In this document: positions 28,340 through 37,985 of the stretch, one piece after another
Layout of the letters: each line of letters opens with the position of its first letter
Numbering within the stretch: the first letter of the stretch is position 1
From: Candidatus Latescibacterota bacterium
GTDB lineage: Bacteria; Latescibacterota; UBA2968; GCA-2709665
DNA length: 64,000 nt
Direction: 5' to 3'
Assembly: GCA_965237675.1 (NCBI GenBank)
Contig: OZ250150.1
Span: 2,848,001-2,912,000, forward strand
The notes under the pieces: model-generated
Database searches by the model: none
What the model was told of the DNA's origin: nothing
What the model saw: only the letters and a program-made list of their open reading frames with translations
Translations under genes and position numbers: made by a program

Positions 28340-29716
28340 TCATTCCTCGTTCTGAACAAGCGGCCCTCCGACGTGCTGTTCCAACTGAGCCAATTCGATC
28401 TGATATTGGAACTTCTCATGCACGAGCTGGTTTCGGGCCGTAAAGAGTTGAAATTGCGCTGTTTGGCGTTCGAAAAAAGTGCCGCCGCCCAGGTTGTAAC
28501 GCTGGTCCTCAAGCCTGAAGACTTCTTCGGCGGCCTTCACGGCGGTTTCGTTGGCGGCGATGCTCTGGCGAAGACGTTCGAGGTTCAGGAACGACAGCCT
28601 GATGTCCATCTCTCTCTGACGTTTCGCCTGGTCGAGTTGCTCCTGGCTTCTCAGGTACTCCAACTTCTGGATTTTGATGCCATTTATGGTATTCAATCTG
28701 TTGAAAATCGGGAGGCTGACACTGATGCCCGCGCTGTACGAGTAGTTCTTGACAAAGAGATCTTCCACGCCCGAAAAACTCTCGTCGCGGTTCAACCGCC
28801 AACTGTACCCTGTGCTACCCGAAATCGTTGGGAAGCGTACGCTGTATTTCGTGGCTCTCAGTTGATCCCTGCTGGCAAGCATTCTGTGTTTTTGCGCCAG
28901 AATCTCGGGATTCCCCTTTAGCGCCCGCCTCAACGACTCCTGGTAGGTGATGGGCGGGGGCGTAACCGAAAATGTCTTCTCGGTTGGATAGATGTTAACG
29001 TCGGGACCGAGTCCGAGGGAAAACGCGAGCTGTGAGCGGGCAATGGCAACGTCGTTTTCCCTGGCGATAAGTTCTACGCGAAAACGAGCCAACTGAGATT
29101 CGGCGCCGAAGACGTCCGAAATGGTGGAGGAACCGATCTCATACAGCGTATTGTTGCGGCGAAGGCTCTCTTTCGAAACGCTGACCTGCTCTTTCGCCAG
29201 TTCCAGCTGCTCCATTCGCTGGAGAAGGATGAAATAACGTTGTTTCACCTGAAAAACCGTCTGGTGGCGGCTGCCGGACAGGTCCATCTCCGCCGCCCGC
29301 GCAGTCTTCTTGCTGGCCGATAGATTGGCAAGACTGGCAGCGTTGAAAATGGTAAGGCTCATGCTCGACCCCACCGATTGGGACCCGCCCACACGGTCTT
29401 CGCCCAGGGTGGTGATGATTGTCTGCGTTGTTTGATCGAAAATCGCCCCTTCCCGTGGGCCCGTGACACTTCTGGAAATTCCGTAGTTGCTGCTCAGCGA
29501 TGGAAGGAAGGCGTTTCGCATCTGGTCGATCCGGGCGACGGCAATCTCCCGCGAGAAGCGGCTTTGGGTAATTGCCGAGTTGTTTCCCAGAGCGATTTCG
29601 ACGCTTTCGGCCAGGCTGAGGTGCATTTCTCTGGATTGCGTTTCTTCGGCCGCGACAGGGGCGGAAAGCACTGCGGCAACAGTGAACAGCAGCGCGGTTC
29701 TCAGCACACGTGACAT
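28340..29716 (-). CDS. TolC family outer membrane efflux protein
   Basis: Signal peptide, LSLAESVEIAL.NN, FLPSLS, VSLPIFN, duplicated OEP helical repeats. Confidence 0.9.
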   Translation of the reverse strand: MSRVLRTALLFTVAAVLSAPVAAEETQSREMHLSLAESVEIALGNNSAITQSRFSREIAVARIDQMRNAFLPSLSSNYGISRSVTGPREGAIFDQTTQTIITTLGEDRVGGSQSVGSSMSLTIFNAASLANLSASKKTARAAEMDLSGSRHQTVFQVKQRYFILLQRMEQLELAKEQVSVSKESLRRNNTLYEIGSSTISDVFGAESQLARFRVELIARENDVAIARSQLAFSLGLGPDVNIYPTEKTFSVTPPPITYQESLRRALKGNPEILAQKHRMLASRDQLRATKYSVRFPTISGSTGYSWRLNRDESFSGVEDLFVKNYSYSAGISVSLPIFNRLNTINGIKIQKLEYLRSQEQLDQAKRQREMDIRLSFLNLERLRQSIAANETAVKAAEEVFRLEDQRYNLGGGTFFERQTAQFQLFTARNQLVHEKFQYQIELAQLEQHVGGPLVQNEE

Positions 29717-30185
29717 AAAGGGCGCTCCTATATTCATCTCTTCCCAGCCCCTTCGATGTCCTGGAAAAAGGGGACCCATTGTGTTGTATCAGACCGGGCC
29801 GTACCGGTACGAATCCGTTCCCGATGACACCGACATTCCCAGCAAGTCCGATCGGGGTGATTGTCGGGCCGGGCCGGACAACCCGACCGCCCGGGTCGAT
29901 ATTCCAGGACAACGGCCTGCGGACGGGATGCCGGTTATCCTACTTAGACAACGCAACAACCAAAAAAGTTACCGGTAAATCGCTTCCCGTCGCGGGTGGC
30001 GAAGTAGTAAAGAAAACAGAATTCAGGACAAAAGGAAAGCGAAAACTTCCGTGTGTGGAAACCGGAATTGAGTGCAGCGATTCCGAAATGCCGTGAACGC
30101 GCGAGGCTCCCGTGGACTCTATTGGTCGTGTCGATGACTTGGCCTTCGCGCGTGATTCCTGCCCGCCGGCACCCGATGCCAGGCC

Positions 30186-33100
30186 TCAATCCCTTCGATC
30201 CAGGAGGGAATAGACGGTCGGGATGACGATCAGTGTGAGCGCGGTCGAACTGATGAGGCCGGCAACCACGGTGATGGCCATTGGAGTTCGGATCTCCGAG
30301 CCTTCGCCCAGGCCCAGAGCCATGGGTAGAAGCCCAAGAACGGTGGTTGCGGTCGTCATCAATATCGGGCGCAACCGCACGGAGCCGGCCTGTATAATGG
30401 CGTCGGCCTTGGATCGGCCATTGGCGCGCAGGTGGTTGATGTAGTCGACAAAGACGATGGCGTTGTTGACGACAATTCCGGCCAGCATGATCAATCCCAG
30501 GAAGACCACAACGCTGAAGGAGATACCGGTGACAAAAAGGGTCAGGAAAACGCCGATCAACGCCAGGGGAATGGTGAAAATGATGACAAAGGGATGTATG
30601 AAGGATTCAAACTGGGAGGCCATGACGATGTAAACCAGAAACACGGCCAGGCATAGAGCGAAGATGAGGCTTTGCATCGAGGTCTGCATCTCCCGGTTCT
30701 GGCCGCCGATGACAAAGGACACGTCCGCAGGAATGTCAACTTCCTCCAGGGCCTGCTGGATCAGCCCGGTTGCGGTTCCCAGATCGATACCGGCGACGTT
30801 GGCCGATATGAGCACGGCGCGCTGCTGGTCGATACGCCGGATCTCGCTGGGGCCTTCACGAACCTGTATGTCTGCGATGGCCGAGAGGTATATGGGAACC
30901 TCACCGTTGGGGTTGACCACCAGGCGTTTCAGATCGGACACGCCCGATCGATCGGCTTTGTCTACGCGAACCAGGACATCGATGCGGCGGTCGGCCTCCC
31001 GAAACCGGGTGACCACGTCACCCTGTACTTTTTCTCGAACCAGCGTGGCTACGCTTCGCAGATTGAGTCCATAGGAGGCCAGCAGGTCCCGGCGGTAGAC
31101 GATCTGTACTTCGGGACTCCCGCGCTGGAGACTGGATTTCACGTCGTATAACCCCGGAATTCCGGAAAGGGCGCGTTCCACGTTTCGTCCCAGACTGGCG
31201 AGGTCGCCCAGGTCGTAACCTCGAATTTCCAACTCTACAGGTGTCTTGAAGGTAAACAGGGCCGGACGTGAAAAGTTGACCGTGACCTGTGGCAGATCAC
31301 TCAGGATGTCCCGCAATCGGGACATGAGATCTGACTCTCGTTTTGCCATCAACGTATTGCCGGAAATGCCCGCCCAGACTCTTTTCGGAAACGTACTGAC
31401 GTTTTTCCAGAGCCGGTCCAGGTCGCCCGTGCCGTTTGCATTCTCCTGGGAGACAACGATGGTGACCCTCGAGGTATGTTCTCCCTGGTCGGAGGTGGAA
31501 ATTGAGGTCTTGTCCGCGCCCACGGTGGTCGTAATGCGTTCAACGCCCGGTTCGCCCAGAACCCTCGATTCCACATCTGCCACGGTCCTCTCGGTGCGTT
31601 CCAGGGGCGTACCCACCGGCATGGTCAGTTCCAGGTCGAATTCGCCTTGGTGAACTGACGGGATGAGTTCACGACCGATCTGGGGAACCAGGACGTACCA
31701 GCACAGGAGGAATGGCAGGATGGCCAGGGCGATGATGGTGAGGCGGTGCTGTAACGCCCAGCGGATCAAGGAAGGATAGGCCCGGCTGATGGCGCCGAAG
31801 CCGATTTCAAAGGCGTGAATAACGGGCGTGAGCAGGGGAACGACGATGGCGGCCAGCACAGCCAAGGCCGTCACCCCCGCCGGAAAGGTAATCATCAGAG
31901 TCAGGATCAGGAGCTTGCCCAACAGGGATGCCGTCAGGAAGATGAAATACCGCAGCACGAAGTAGACAGGTCCGAGCACGAAGAGCAGGCCCAGGAAGAG
32001 AACGCCCACCAGGGCCGGCGGTATTCTCAGGAATATAGCGAAACCGCGACCCCGAAACGGCCATTGGCACGTGCCTCTGACCGCGCTCCATGTCCATCGT
32101 ACGCAAACGGCGAGTCCTTCGCCCAGCGGGACGGGGGCGCTAAAGACCAGCAGGTCGTGCCAGATGGCGTGTACAATTCTGGATCCGAAGGGCGTCGGGT
32201 TTTTGGACCATGTGCATAGATCCCGCCAGGCATGCGCGGGTTTTTTCCGGATCTTCCGGATAAGGGCGGCAACCGGGAAATACAAAATGGGGGCCAGGAT
32301 CACGCAGACGGCCTTCAGAGTGACGATCAGGATCGCAAGCGCTACCCAGAGCGTGCGCCCAATGAATTCCAGCGCGAGCCATGACACAAAGATACAGGCC
32401 TTAAGCGCCAGGACCGGAAGCCGTGCCAGTGACCTATCGCCGGCAAGTTCCTTGAGACGGGCAAGGGATTTGAACTGCAGCAGTTCCGAGTTGAACATCT
32501 CGCTGGCGGTCGAGCCGGTGCGTCCGCCGCGGGACCCGCCGAGGCGGATTTGGCGGGAAGCGAGCATCGGAATGAAGAAGAGTGCGACTGCCAGTGACGC
32601 TATCAGCGAAAAGACCACGGTAAGGGACATATCGCCAAAGACCTGGCCGGCCACGCCTTCCACGAAGACAATTGGAAAAAAGACGGCGACCGTGGTGAGT
32701 GTGGAGGCAAAAACCGCCCCGCCGACTTCGCCCGTTCCGCGAACCGCGGCGGTAACGATGTCGTCTCCTTCTTCCCGGCATCGAAAGATGCTTTCCAGTA
32801 CGACAATGGAGTTGTCTACCAGCATACCGATGCCCAGCGCCATGCCGCCCAGCGACATGATGTTCAAAGAGACGCCGAAAATTTTCATGGGGGCGAACGT
32901 GGCTACGATCGAAATCGGAATGGCCAGGCTCACAATGCCGGTATGGGAAGGGTTGCGCAGGAAGATATAAAGCACCAGGATCGCAAGAATGCCGCCTATG
33001 ATTGCAGTCTGTTTGACCTCGTCGACTGACCGCTTGATAAATAGCGACTGGTCCGACAGGACTCCCACCTGCAGTCCTTCCGGCATGGTATAGGCGATAA

Positions 33101-34217
33101 AGCTGGTCATTTCCTTGAGTTGGACAAACTGGCGCACCTGGGCGCGTCGATCGGCGCCCTTGGCAGGTTCGATCTCTCCTGCCTTGAGTCGCTGCACGTA
33201 GGCCAGTTGCTCCGCTGTTCCGAACAATCGATCCCGGACCCGCTGTGCGGTCGCGACGATATTCGCGTCGGCTTCTTTGAAAATTTCGATTTCCACGCTC
33301 TCCACGCCATTGACACGGGTGATGATCTCCCGCTCTTTATGGCTGCGGACAATATTGCTGACGTCCTTGAGCCGGATGTCAGCGCCGCTTTTTTGTCCGA
33401 TGACGAGGTCGCGGATTTCATTGATCGTCCGGAATTCGTTCAGGGTGCGAACCATGTACTGGGTCTGCCCGTCAAGCAGACTGCCGCCGGCCAGGTTGAC
33501 GTTCTCTTCGCGGAGACGCCGGTTGATATCGCCGATGCCGAAGCCCAACAGGGCGAGTTGACGTTCGTTGATTTCGACACGGATTTCTTCTTCCAGGCCG
33601 CCGTGGACGCGGGCCGCGGCGACCCCTTTCATTGCTTCCAGCGCCTGTTTGATTTCTTCTTCGGCAATGAGCCGGAGCGCATATAAATCGGTATCGCCGT
33701 AGAGACCGATGCGCATAATGGGATCCTGCGTGGGATCGTAACGCAAGATCAGCGGTTTGTTGACACCCCGGGGCAGGTTCAGCCGGTCCAGGTTTTCCCG
33801 TACCGTCTGTACCGCGTCGTTCATATCCGTGTCCCAGCCGAATTCCAGGATGACGTCCGACAGGCCGGGCCGGGAAATGGATACGATACTCGCCAGATTG
33901 TTGACAACCCCCAGCCGTTGCTCAATTCGCCGGGAGATCAGGTTTTCGACTTCCTCGGGCGCGGTATCGGGATAGTCCGTGCGGATCGTGAGGGTGGGGT
34001 AGGAAATGTCCGGCATCAGGGTGAGCGGTAGCTGCTGGTAGGAAATATACCCGAAGACCGCGATGGCGAGGACGACCATAAAAATGGCCACCGGCCTGCG
34101 GGTGGTTATTTCGAAAGTGCGGGAGATCTGCGTCCTGGCGCGGGAAAGGGGATTTCGGGAACCGTCGCCTGCGGAATCGTCAACCATCTTGTCTGAGTCC
34201 TCAATGAGCCGCACCAA
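30186..34217 (-). CDS. RND efflux transporter (AcrB/AcrD/AcrF family) with large insertion
   Basis: RRPVA, P.ISYP, GMLVDNSIVVLE, GIVVNNAI, RLRPILMT; 1343 aa. Confidence 0.95.
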   Translation of the reverse strand: MVRLIEDSDKMVDDSAGDGSRNPLSRARTQISRTFEITTRRPVAIFMVVLAIAVFGYISYQQLPLTLMPDISYPTLTIRTDYPDTAPEEVENLISRRIEQRLGVVNNLASIVSISRPGLSDVILEFGWDTDMNDAVQTVRENLDRLNLPRGVNKPLILRYDPTQDPIMRIGLYGDTDLYALRLIAEEEIKQALEAMKGVAAARVHGGLEEEIRVEINERQLALLGFGIGDINRRLREENVNLAGGSLLDGQTQYMVRTLNEFRTINEIRDLVIGQKSGADIRLKDVSNIVRSHKEREIITRVNGVESVEIEIFKEADANIVATAQRVRDRLFGTAEQLAYVQRLKAGEIEPAKGADRRAQVRQFVQLKEMTSFIAYTMPEGLQVGVLSDQSLFIKRSVDEVKQTAIIGGILAILVLYIFLRNPSHTGIVSLAIPISIVATFAPMKIFGVSLNIMSLGGMALGIGMLVDNSIVVLESIFRCREEGDDIVTAAVRGTGEVGGAVFASTLTTVAVFFPIVFVEGVAGQVFGDMSLTVVFSLIASLAVALFFIPMLASRQIRLGGSRGGRTGSTASEMFNSELLQFKSLARLKELAGDRSLARLPVLALKACIFVSWLALEFIGRTLWVALAILIVTLKAVCVILAPILYFPVAALIRKIRKKPAHAWRDLCTWSKNPTPFGSRIVHAIWHDLLVFSAPVPLGEGLAVCVRWTWSAVRGTCQWPFRGRGFAIFLRIPPALVGVLFLGLLFVLGPVYFVLRYFIFLTASLLGKLLILTLMITFPAGVTALAVLAAIVVPLLTPVIHAFEIGFGAISRAYPSLIRWALQHRLTIIALAILPFLLCWYVLVPQIGRELIPSVHQGEFDLELTMPVGTPLERTERTVADVESRVLGEPGVERITTTVGADKTSISTSDQGEHTSRVTIVVSQENANGTGDLDRLWKNVSTFPKRVWAGISGNTLMAKRESDLMSRLRDILSDLPQVTVNFSRPALFTFKTPVELEIRGYDLGDLASLGRNVERALSGIPGLYDVKSSLQRGSPEVQIVYRRDLLASYGLNLRSVATLVREKVQGDVVTRFREADRRIDVLVRVDKADRSGVSDLKRLVVNPNGEVPIYLSAIADIQVREGPSEIRRIDQQRAVLISANVAGIDLGTATGLIQQALEEVDIPADVSFVIGGQNREMQTSMQSLIFALCLAVFLVYIVMASQFESFIHPFVIIFTIPLALIGVFLTLFVTGISFSVVVFLGLIMLAGIVVNNAIVFVDYINHLRANGRSKADAIIQAGSVRLRPILMTTATTVLGLLPMALGLGEGSEIRTPMAITVVAGLISSTALTLIVIPTVYSLLDRRD

Positions 34218-34276
34218 CGCGCAACGGACGCACCGCCACCGTTATTGCGCAGGGATGCGCCCGTTTCCCGGGATTC

Positions 34277-35443
34277 TTAAGGTTCTTGCTCGGTGGTATC
34301 CGGTTTGGCCGGAATGCGCAGGCCCTTGCCATGGATCACCCGGACTTTGGCCTGGTCCTTGAGGCCATTCTGGCCCACAACCACAATGCTGTCGCCCTGC
34401 GAGACGCCGCTGAGAACTTCCAGGTTTTCGGTGTTTTCAAAGCCCACGTCGAGCTGTATTTTCCGGGCGGTGCTGTCCTGAACAACGAACACATGAGGAT
34501 GTCCGTCATCGTAGACGACGGCGCGTTTGGGCACCAGCAAAGCCCGTTCGTGGGTGGCGGTAACGATATGCGTCGTAACGAACATTCCGGGACGCAACCT
34601 GCCGTCACCGTCGTCTATACCCAGTGTTACCCTGAAAGTGCCGCTGTTCGGATCTATAACCGGGCTGATTCGAATGATGCGGCCGGGAAATTTGACATCG
34701 GACAGATGATCCGTGGTGATGCGGGCGGACTGCCCTACGGAGATGTTGTGCAGTTCCCCGCCGGGTATGTGCGCTCTGGATATTAGACTATGCATGTTGA
34801 CCAGAACATAGAGCTTGGTGTTCGGGCCGATCCGGTCGCCCAATTTGACGATCCGTTCCGCCACGATCCCGGCTATCGGAGATCGTACCAGGGCATGATC
34901 CAGGTTCAACTGGGCGCGCTGCCACTGAATTTCAGCCTGTTCCAGGTCAAATCCGTCACGTTCGTAGTCTTCCTTGGAGAGCAGGTTTCTGGCGAAGATT
35001 TCCTTGCGACGTTTGAAATTGCTCTCCAGTTTTTGGTACGCGATCCTGGCTTCCGCTTCGGACAGTTTGAGATCGCGGTCGACCATGTGGACAACGACTT
35101 GATCCATTTCGACATGATCACCCTCTTCGACGAGCACACGTTTGACCAGCCCCGTACCGTGGGCGTAAACGTCCACAGTCTCTTCGGCCTCGACCTTCGC
35201 GTTGTATTGCAGGTAGGATGAAATCGCCCCGTGTTGAACGTGATGGACCTTTACCGGCACGCCCTCGGGCGTTTTTTTCTCCTTCTTTTTTGTCACTTCG
35301 GTCGAGTCGACTTTGGTGGAATCGGCGCCGGCGCCGGTCCCGCTCTGACCCTTGGCTTGTTCGCCGCCGCACCCCGCGAGTGCGTAGCCGGAAAAAACCG
35401 CAACGATGACAATTAGACGCTTCAAATTCCGTATTTCCTTCAT
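34277..35443 (-). CDS. RND membrane fusion (periplasmic adaptor) lipoprotein
   Basis: LAGC lipobox, VEEGD.V, RSPIAGIV, LRPGMF, LLVPKRAV. Confidence 0.92.
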   Translation of the reverse strand: MKEIRNLKRLIVIVAVFSGYALAGCGGEQAKGQSGTGAGADSTKVDSTEVTKKKEKKTPEGVPVKVHHVQHGAISSYLQYNAKVEAEETVDVYAHGTGLVKRVLVEEGDHVEMDQVVVHMVDRDLKLSEAEARIAYQKLESNFKRRKEIFARNLLSKEDYERDGFDLEQAEIQWQRAQLNLDHALVRSPIAGIVAERIVKLGDRIGPNTKLYVLVNMHSLISRAHIPGGELHNISVGQSARITTDHLSDVKFPGRIIRISPVIDPNSGTFRVTLGIDDGDGRLRPGMFVTTHIVTATHERALLVPKRAVVYDDGHPHVFVVQDSTARKIQLDVGFENTENLEVLSGVSQGDSIVVVGQNGLKDQAKVRVIHGKGLRIPAKPDTTEQEP

Positions 35444-35795
35444 CCGTACATCCTTCCGGGCGGTATGTGGGCATTCCCCCGCAGCCGGTGGCATTGAAGG
35501 CCTCCTTCGGAGGAAACACGCGCCCGTTTCATATGTGCTGAACTATAGAACGAAACGCGTTGTCTGAAACGGCAAGACCCCGGTGACCGTGGCCACCGCA
35601 AGCCCCGGCAAGAGTCCGTTGTTCCGCTTGCCGGCGCGTTCCTGGTTCTCCTCAAGAAGCCATCGGGTGAGTGAGGGCTCGGTTGCCCGTTTCGAACCCT
35701 TTAGACGGTTTCCAATGTGCCGCCGTTTCAGGCGACTTCGGGGCGTGGTGAAATTCCCCACAGTCTTTGACTCCCCAGGCTGCCCGGATGTTTCT

Positions 35796-35840
35796 AAAAA
35801 AAGCCGTTGGGCCGTCAATCATTCGACGGCCCAGGGGGGC
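35796..35840 (-). terminator. Intrinsic terminator after mrp
   Basis: Minus strand TGGGCCGTC-loop-GACGGCCCA followed shortly by T7. Confidence 0.65.
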
Positions 35841-35903
35841 GGGGTCCGTGCAACTGTCCCGGACCGGGAGGGTCAAACCCGGCGAGGGGCGATACCCGAT
35901 AAG

Positions 35904-36698
35904 CTAACTTTCCACGGCCTTCCTGACTCTTGACGCGATGTCGACGTATCGCCGGGAGATCGGGGAGTCCGGATCTGCGGCTGTAACCGGGGCGCCTGTA
36001 TCTCCGCCCTGGCGTATCCGCATGTCCAGCGGGATTTCACCCAGAAGCGGCACGTTATACTTGGCAGCCATTTCTTCGCCGCCGCCCTGCCCGAAGATAT
36101 CGGTCTGTGTATTGCAGTTGCCGCAAATGTACACACTCATGTTTTCGACGATCCCCAGAACGGGTACGTCCACCGTGTTGAACATCTGGATGCCGCGACG
36201 TACGTCCTCGAGTGCAACGGCTTGCGGCGTTGTGACAATGACGGCGCCGTCCAGGCGCGCGGACTGAATCAGGGTAAGCTGAACATCGCCCGTTCCCGGT
36301 GGCAGATCGATGACAAGAAAGTCCAGAGGCGCCCACGCGACGTCCCTGAGGAATTGCACCACTATTTTTGCCAGCATCGGACCGCGCCAGATCACCGGGG
36401 CGCCCGCTTCCGTAATCATACCGAGCGAGATCATCTTGACATTAAAACGTTTAAGAGGAACAATCCCGCCGTTCGGGTCCATGCCTGGTGTTTCGTTTGC
36501 GCCCATCATGATCGGAACATTGGGACCATAGATGTCCGCATCCATGAGACCCACCGCGGCGCCCTGCCGCGCAAGCGCCACGCAAAGGTTGGCGGCCGTG
36601 GTGGATTTTCCCACGCCGCCCTTGCCGCTGGCGACGGCGATCAGATGCTTGACGCCGGGAATCGGCGCGGGTCGTGGCGCGGACGTATGCGTATTCAA
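35904..36698 (-). CDS. mrp: Mrp/ApbC iron-sulfur cluster carrier ATPase
   Basis: SGKGGVGKST, DADIYGP, IWRGPM, DLPPGTGD, ENMS..CGNC; TTG36698 after GGAGGAGG. Confidence 0.93.
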   Translation of the reverse strand: MNTHTSAPRPAPIPGVKHLIAVASGKGGVGKSTTAANLCVALARQGAAVGLMDADIYGPNVPIMMGANETPGMDPNGGIVPLKRFNVKMISLGMITEAGAPVIWRGPMLAKIVVQFLRDVAWAPLDFLVIDLPPGTGDVQLTLIQSARLDGAVIVTTPQAVALEDVRRGIQMFNTVDVPVLGIVENMSVYICGNCNTQTDIFGQGGGEEMAAKYNVPLLGEIPLDMRIRQGGDTGAPVTAADPDSPISRRYVDIASRVRKAVES

Positions 36699-36736
36699 AC
36701 GGGGGCCTCCTCCGGAACGGGCTTCGAATGATGCAT

Positions 36737-37870
36737 TCAACCCGGCTGTTTCCGGCTGTTTCGAACACATTCAGCCAGAATGGGTATGCCCTGGCGGATC
36801 TCGTCGGGTGTTGCAAAGCCGAACGCGAGACGGATGTACGGTACGTCCGTATTATGTACGTGGAAGGCTTTGCCGGTTGCGTAGTCGACACCCATCGACT
36901 CCGCAAGCCGCTCACAGGCAACGGTGTCTGTGACGTCGGGTAACCTGACCCAGATGAAGAGGCCGCCCTTGGGGCGGCTGAACCACTCGAAGGCGTCCGG
37001 GAACCGAGACAGCGTGTCGAACATCAGATCGCGTTTTTCCCTGACGATGGCGTTGATCCGGTCCACGTGCGTCCAGAGTTCTTCCCTGAAATATTCGTAG
37101 ACGATGGCTGCGCTGAGGGCGCTTGTACCACCGTCCCGCCGATACGGAAGAATCTGGTCCAGCAGATGTCGAGGCGCAGCGAAATAGCCCAGACGGATTC
37201 CAGGGCCCAGGATTTTGGACAGGGATTCGATGTGGATCACCGGCGTATCGTGCTCGAGCGTCCACAGGGCGGGTTCGTGGTCGTCTTCGTAAACGGTATC
37301 GGCGTAACAGTGATCTTCAACCACGGGAATGCCGTAACGGTCTGCAATGGCCAGCAGTTCCCGGCGCCGGTCGAGCGGCATAATTGAACCCGTCGGGTTC
37401 TGGTAGGTTGCCAGGGTGTAGATGAATTTCGGTTTTCTGTTTCGTGAAACCAGGGCAGAAAGCGTTTCTTCCAGGGCGTCCATCCGCATGCCGAACTCGT
37501 CCAAGGGAATGCCGACCAGTTCGGCCTTTTCCTTACGGTACGCGCTCAGGGTACCCGAGTAGGAGTATTCCTCGAGCACAATCACGTCGCCGGGCGAATC
37601 GACGAACACCTGCGCCATCAGCGTAACCGCCTGCATGGAGCCCGTGGTCAGAACGATCTGATCGATGGGCAACGCAACCCCTTCCCGGTGCGCGAACCGC
37701 TGAGACATCAGTTTCCTGAGCGGTTCGTACCCCAGCGAACCGGGATAACACGCCAGTTCATCTCCCAGCTCCGGAAGTATGCGCATGGCGGCCTCCGCCA
37801 GGCCTCGATTGGGAAAGGACGCGGGGTCGGGGCGGCCACTGCCAAAGGGGAAGGTCATCATTTTGGACAC
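36737..37870 (-). CDS. PLP-dependent aminotransferase class I/II (LysN/ARO8-like)
   Basis: YQNPTG, EDHCY, SLSKILGPGIRLG, GGLFIW. Confidence 0.9.
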   Translation of the reverse strand: MSKMMTFPFGSGRPDPASFPNRGLAEAAMRILPELGDELACYPGSLGYEPLRKLMSQRFAHREGVALPIDQIVLTTGSMQAVTLMAQVFVDSPGDVIVLEEYSYSGTLSAYRKEKAELVGIPLDEFGMRMDALEETLSALVSRNRKPKFIYTLATYQNPTGSIMPLDRRRELLAIADRYGIPVVEDHCYADTVYEDDHEPALWTLEHDTPVIHIESLSKILGPGIRLGYFAAPRHLLDQILPYRRDGGTSALSAAIVYEYFREELWTHVDRINAIVREKRDLMFDTLSRFPDAFEWFSRPKGGLFIWVRLPDVTDTVACERLAESMGVDYATGKAFHVHNTDVPYIRLAFGFATPDEIRQGIPILAECVRNSRKQPG

Positions 37871-37985
37871 ATATCCTTAATTTTCAAGAATTTAAAGGAA
37901 TTTTTTCTGGGCGCTCCGGTTGCCCCTGGTACCCTCTGACGCCGGAAGCCATCTCCATATTGAGCGACGATTGCTCCCCGGCGCG

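Noticed and set aside
35736-35765. CTTCGGGGCGTGGTGAAATTCCCCAC, resembling the start of an FMN riboswitch
   Set aside because: The remaining FMN elements (CGGCGGT, AGCCCGCGA, GCCGACGG, AGTCCGGATG) are missing, and it lies on the strand opposite the neighbouring genes.
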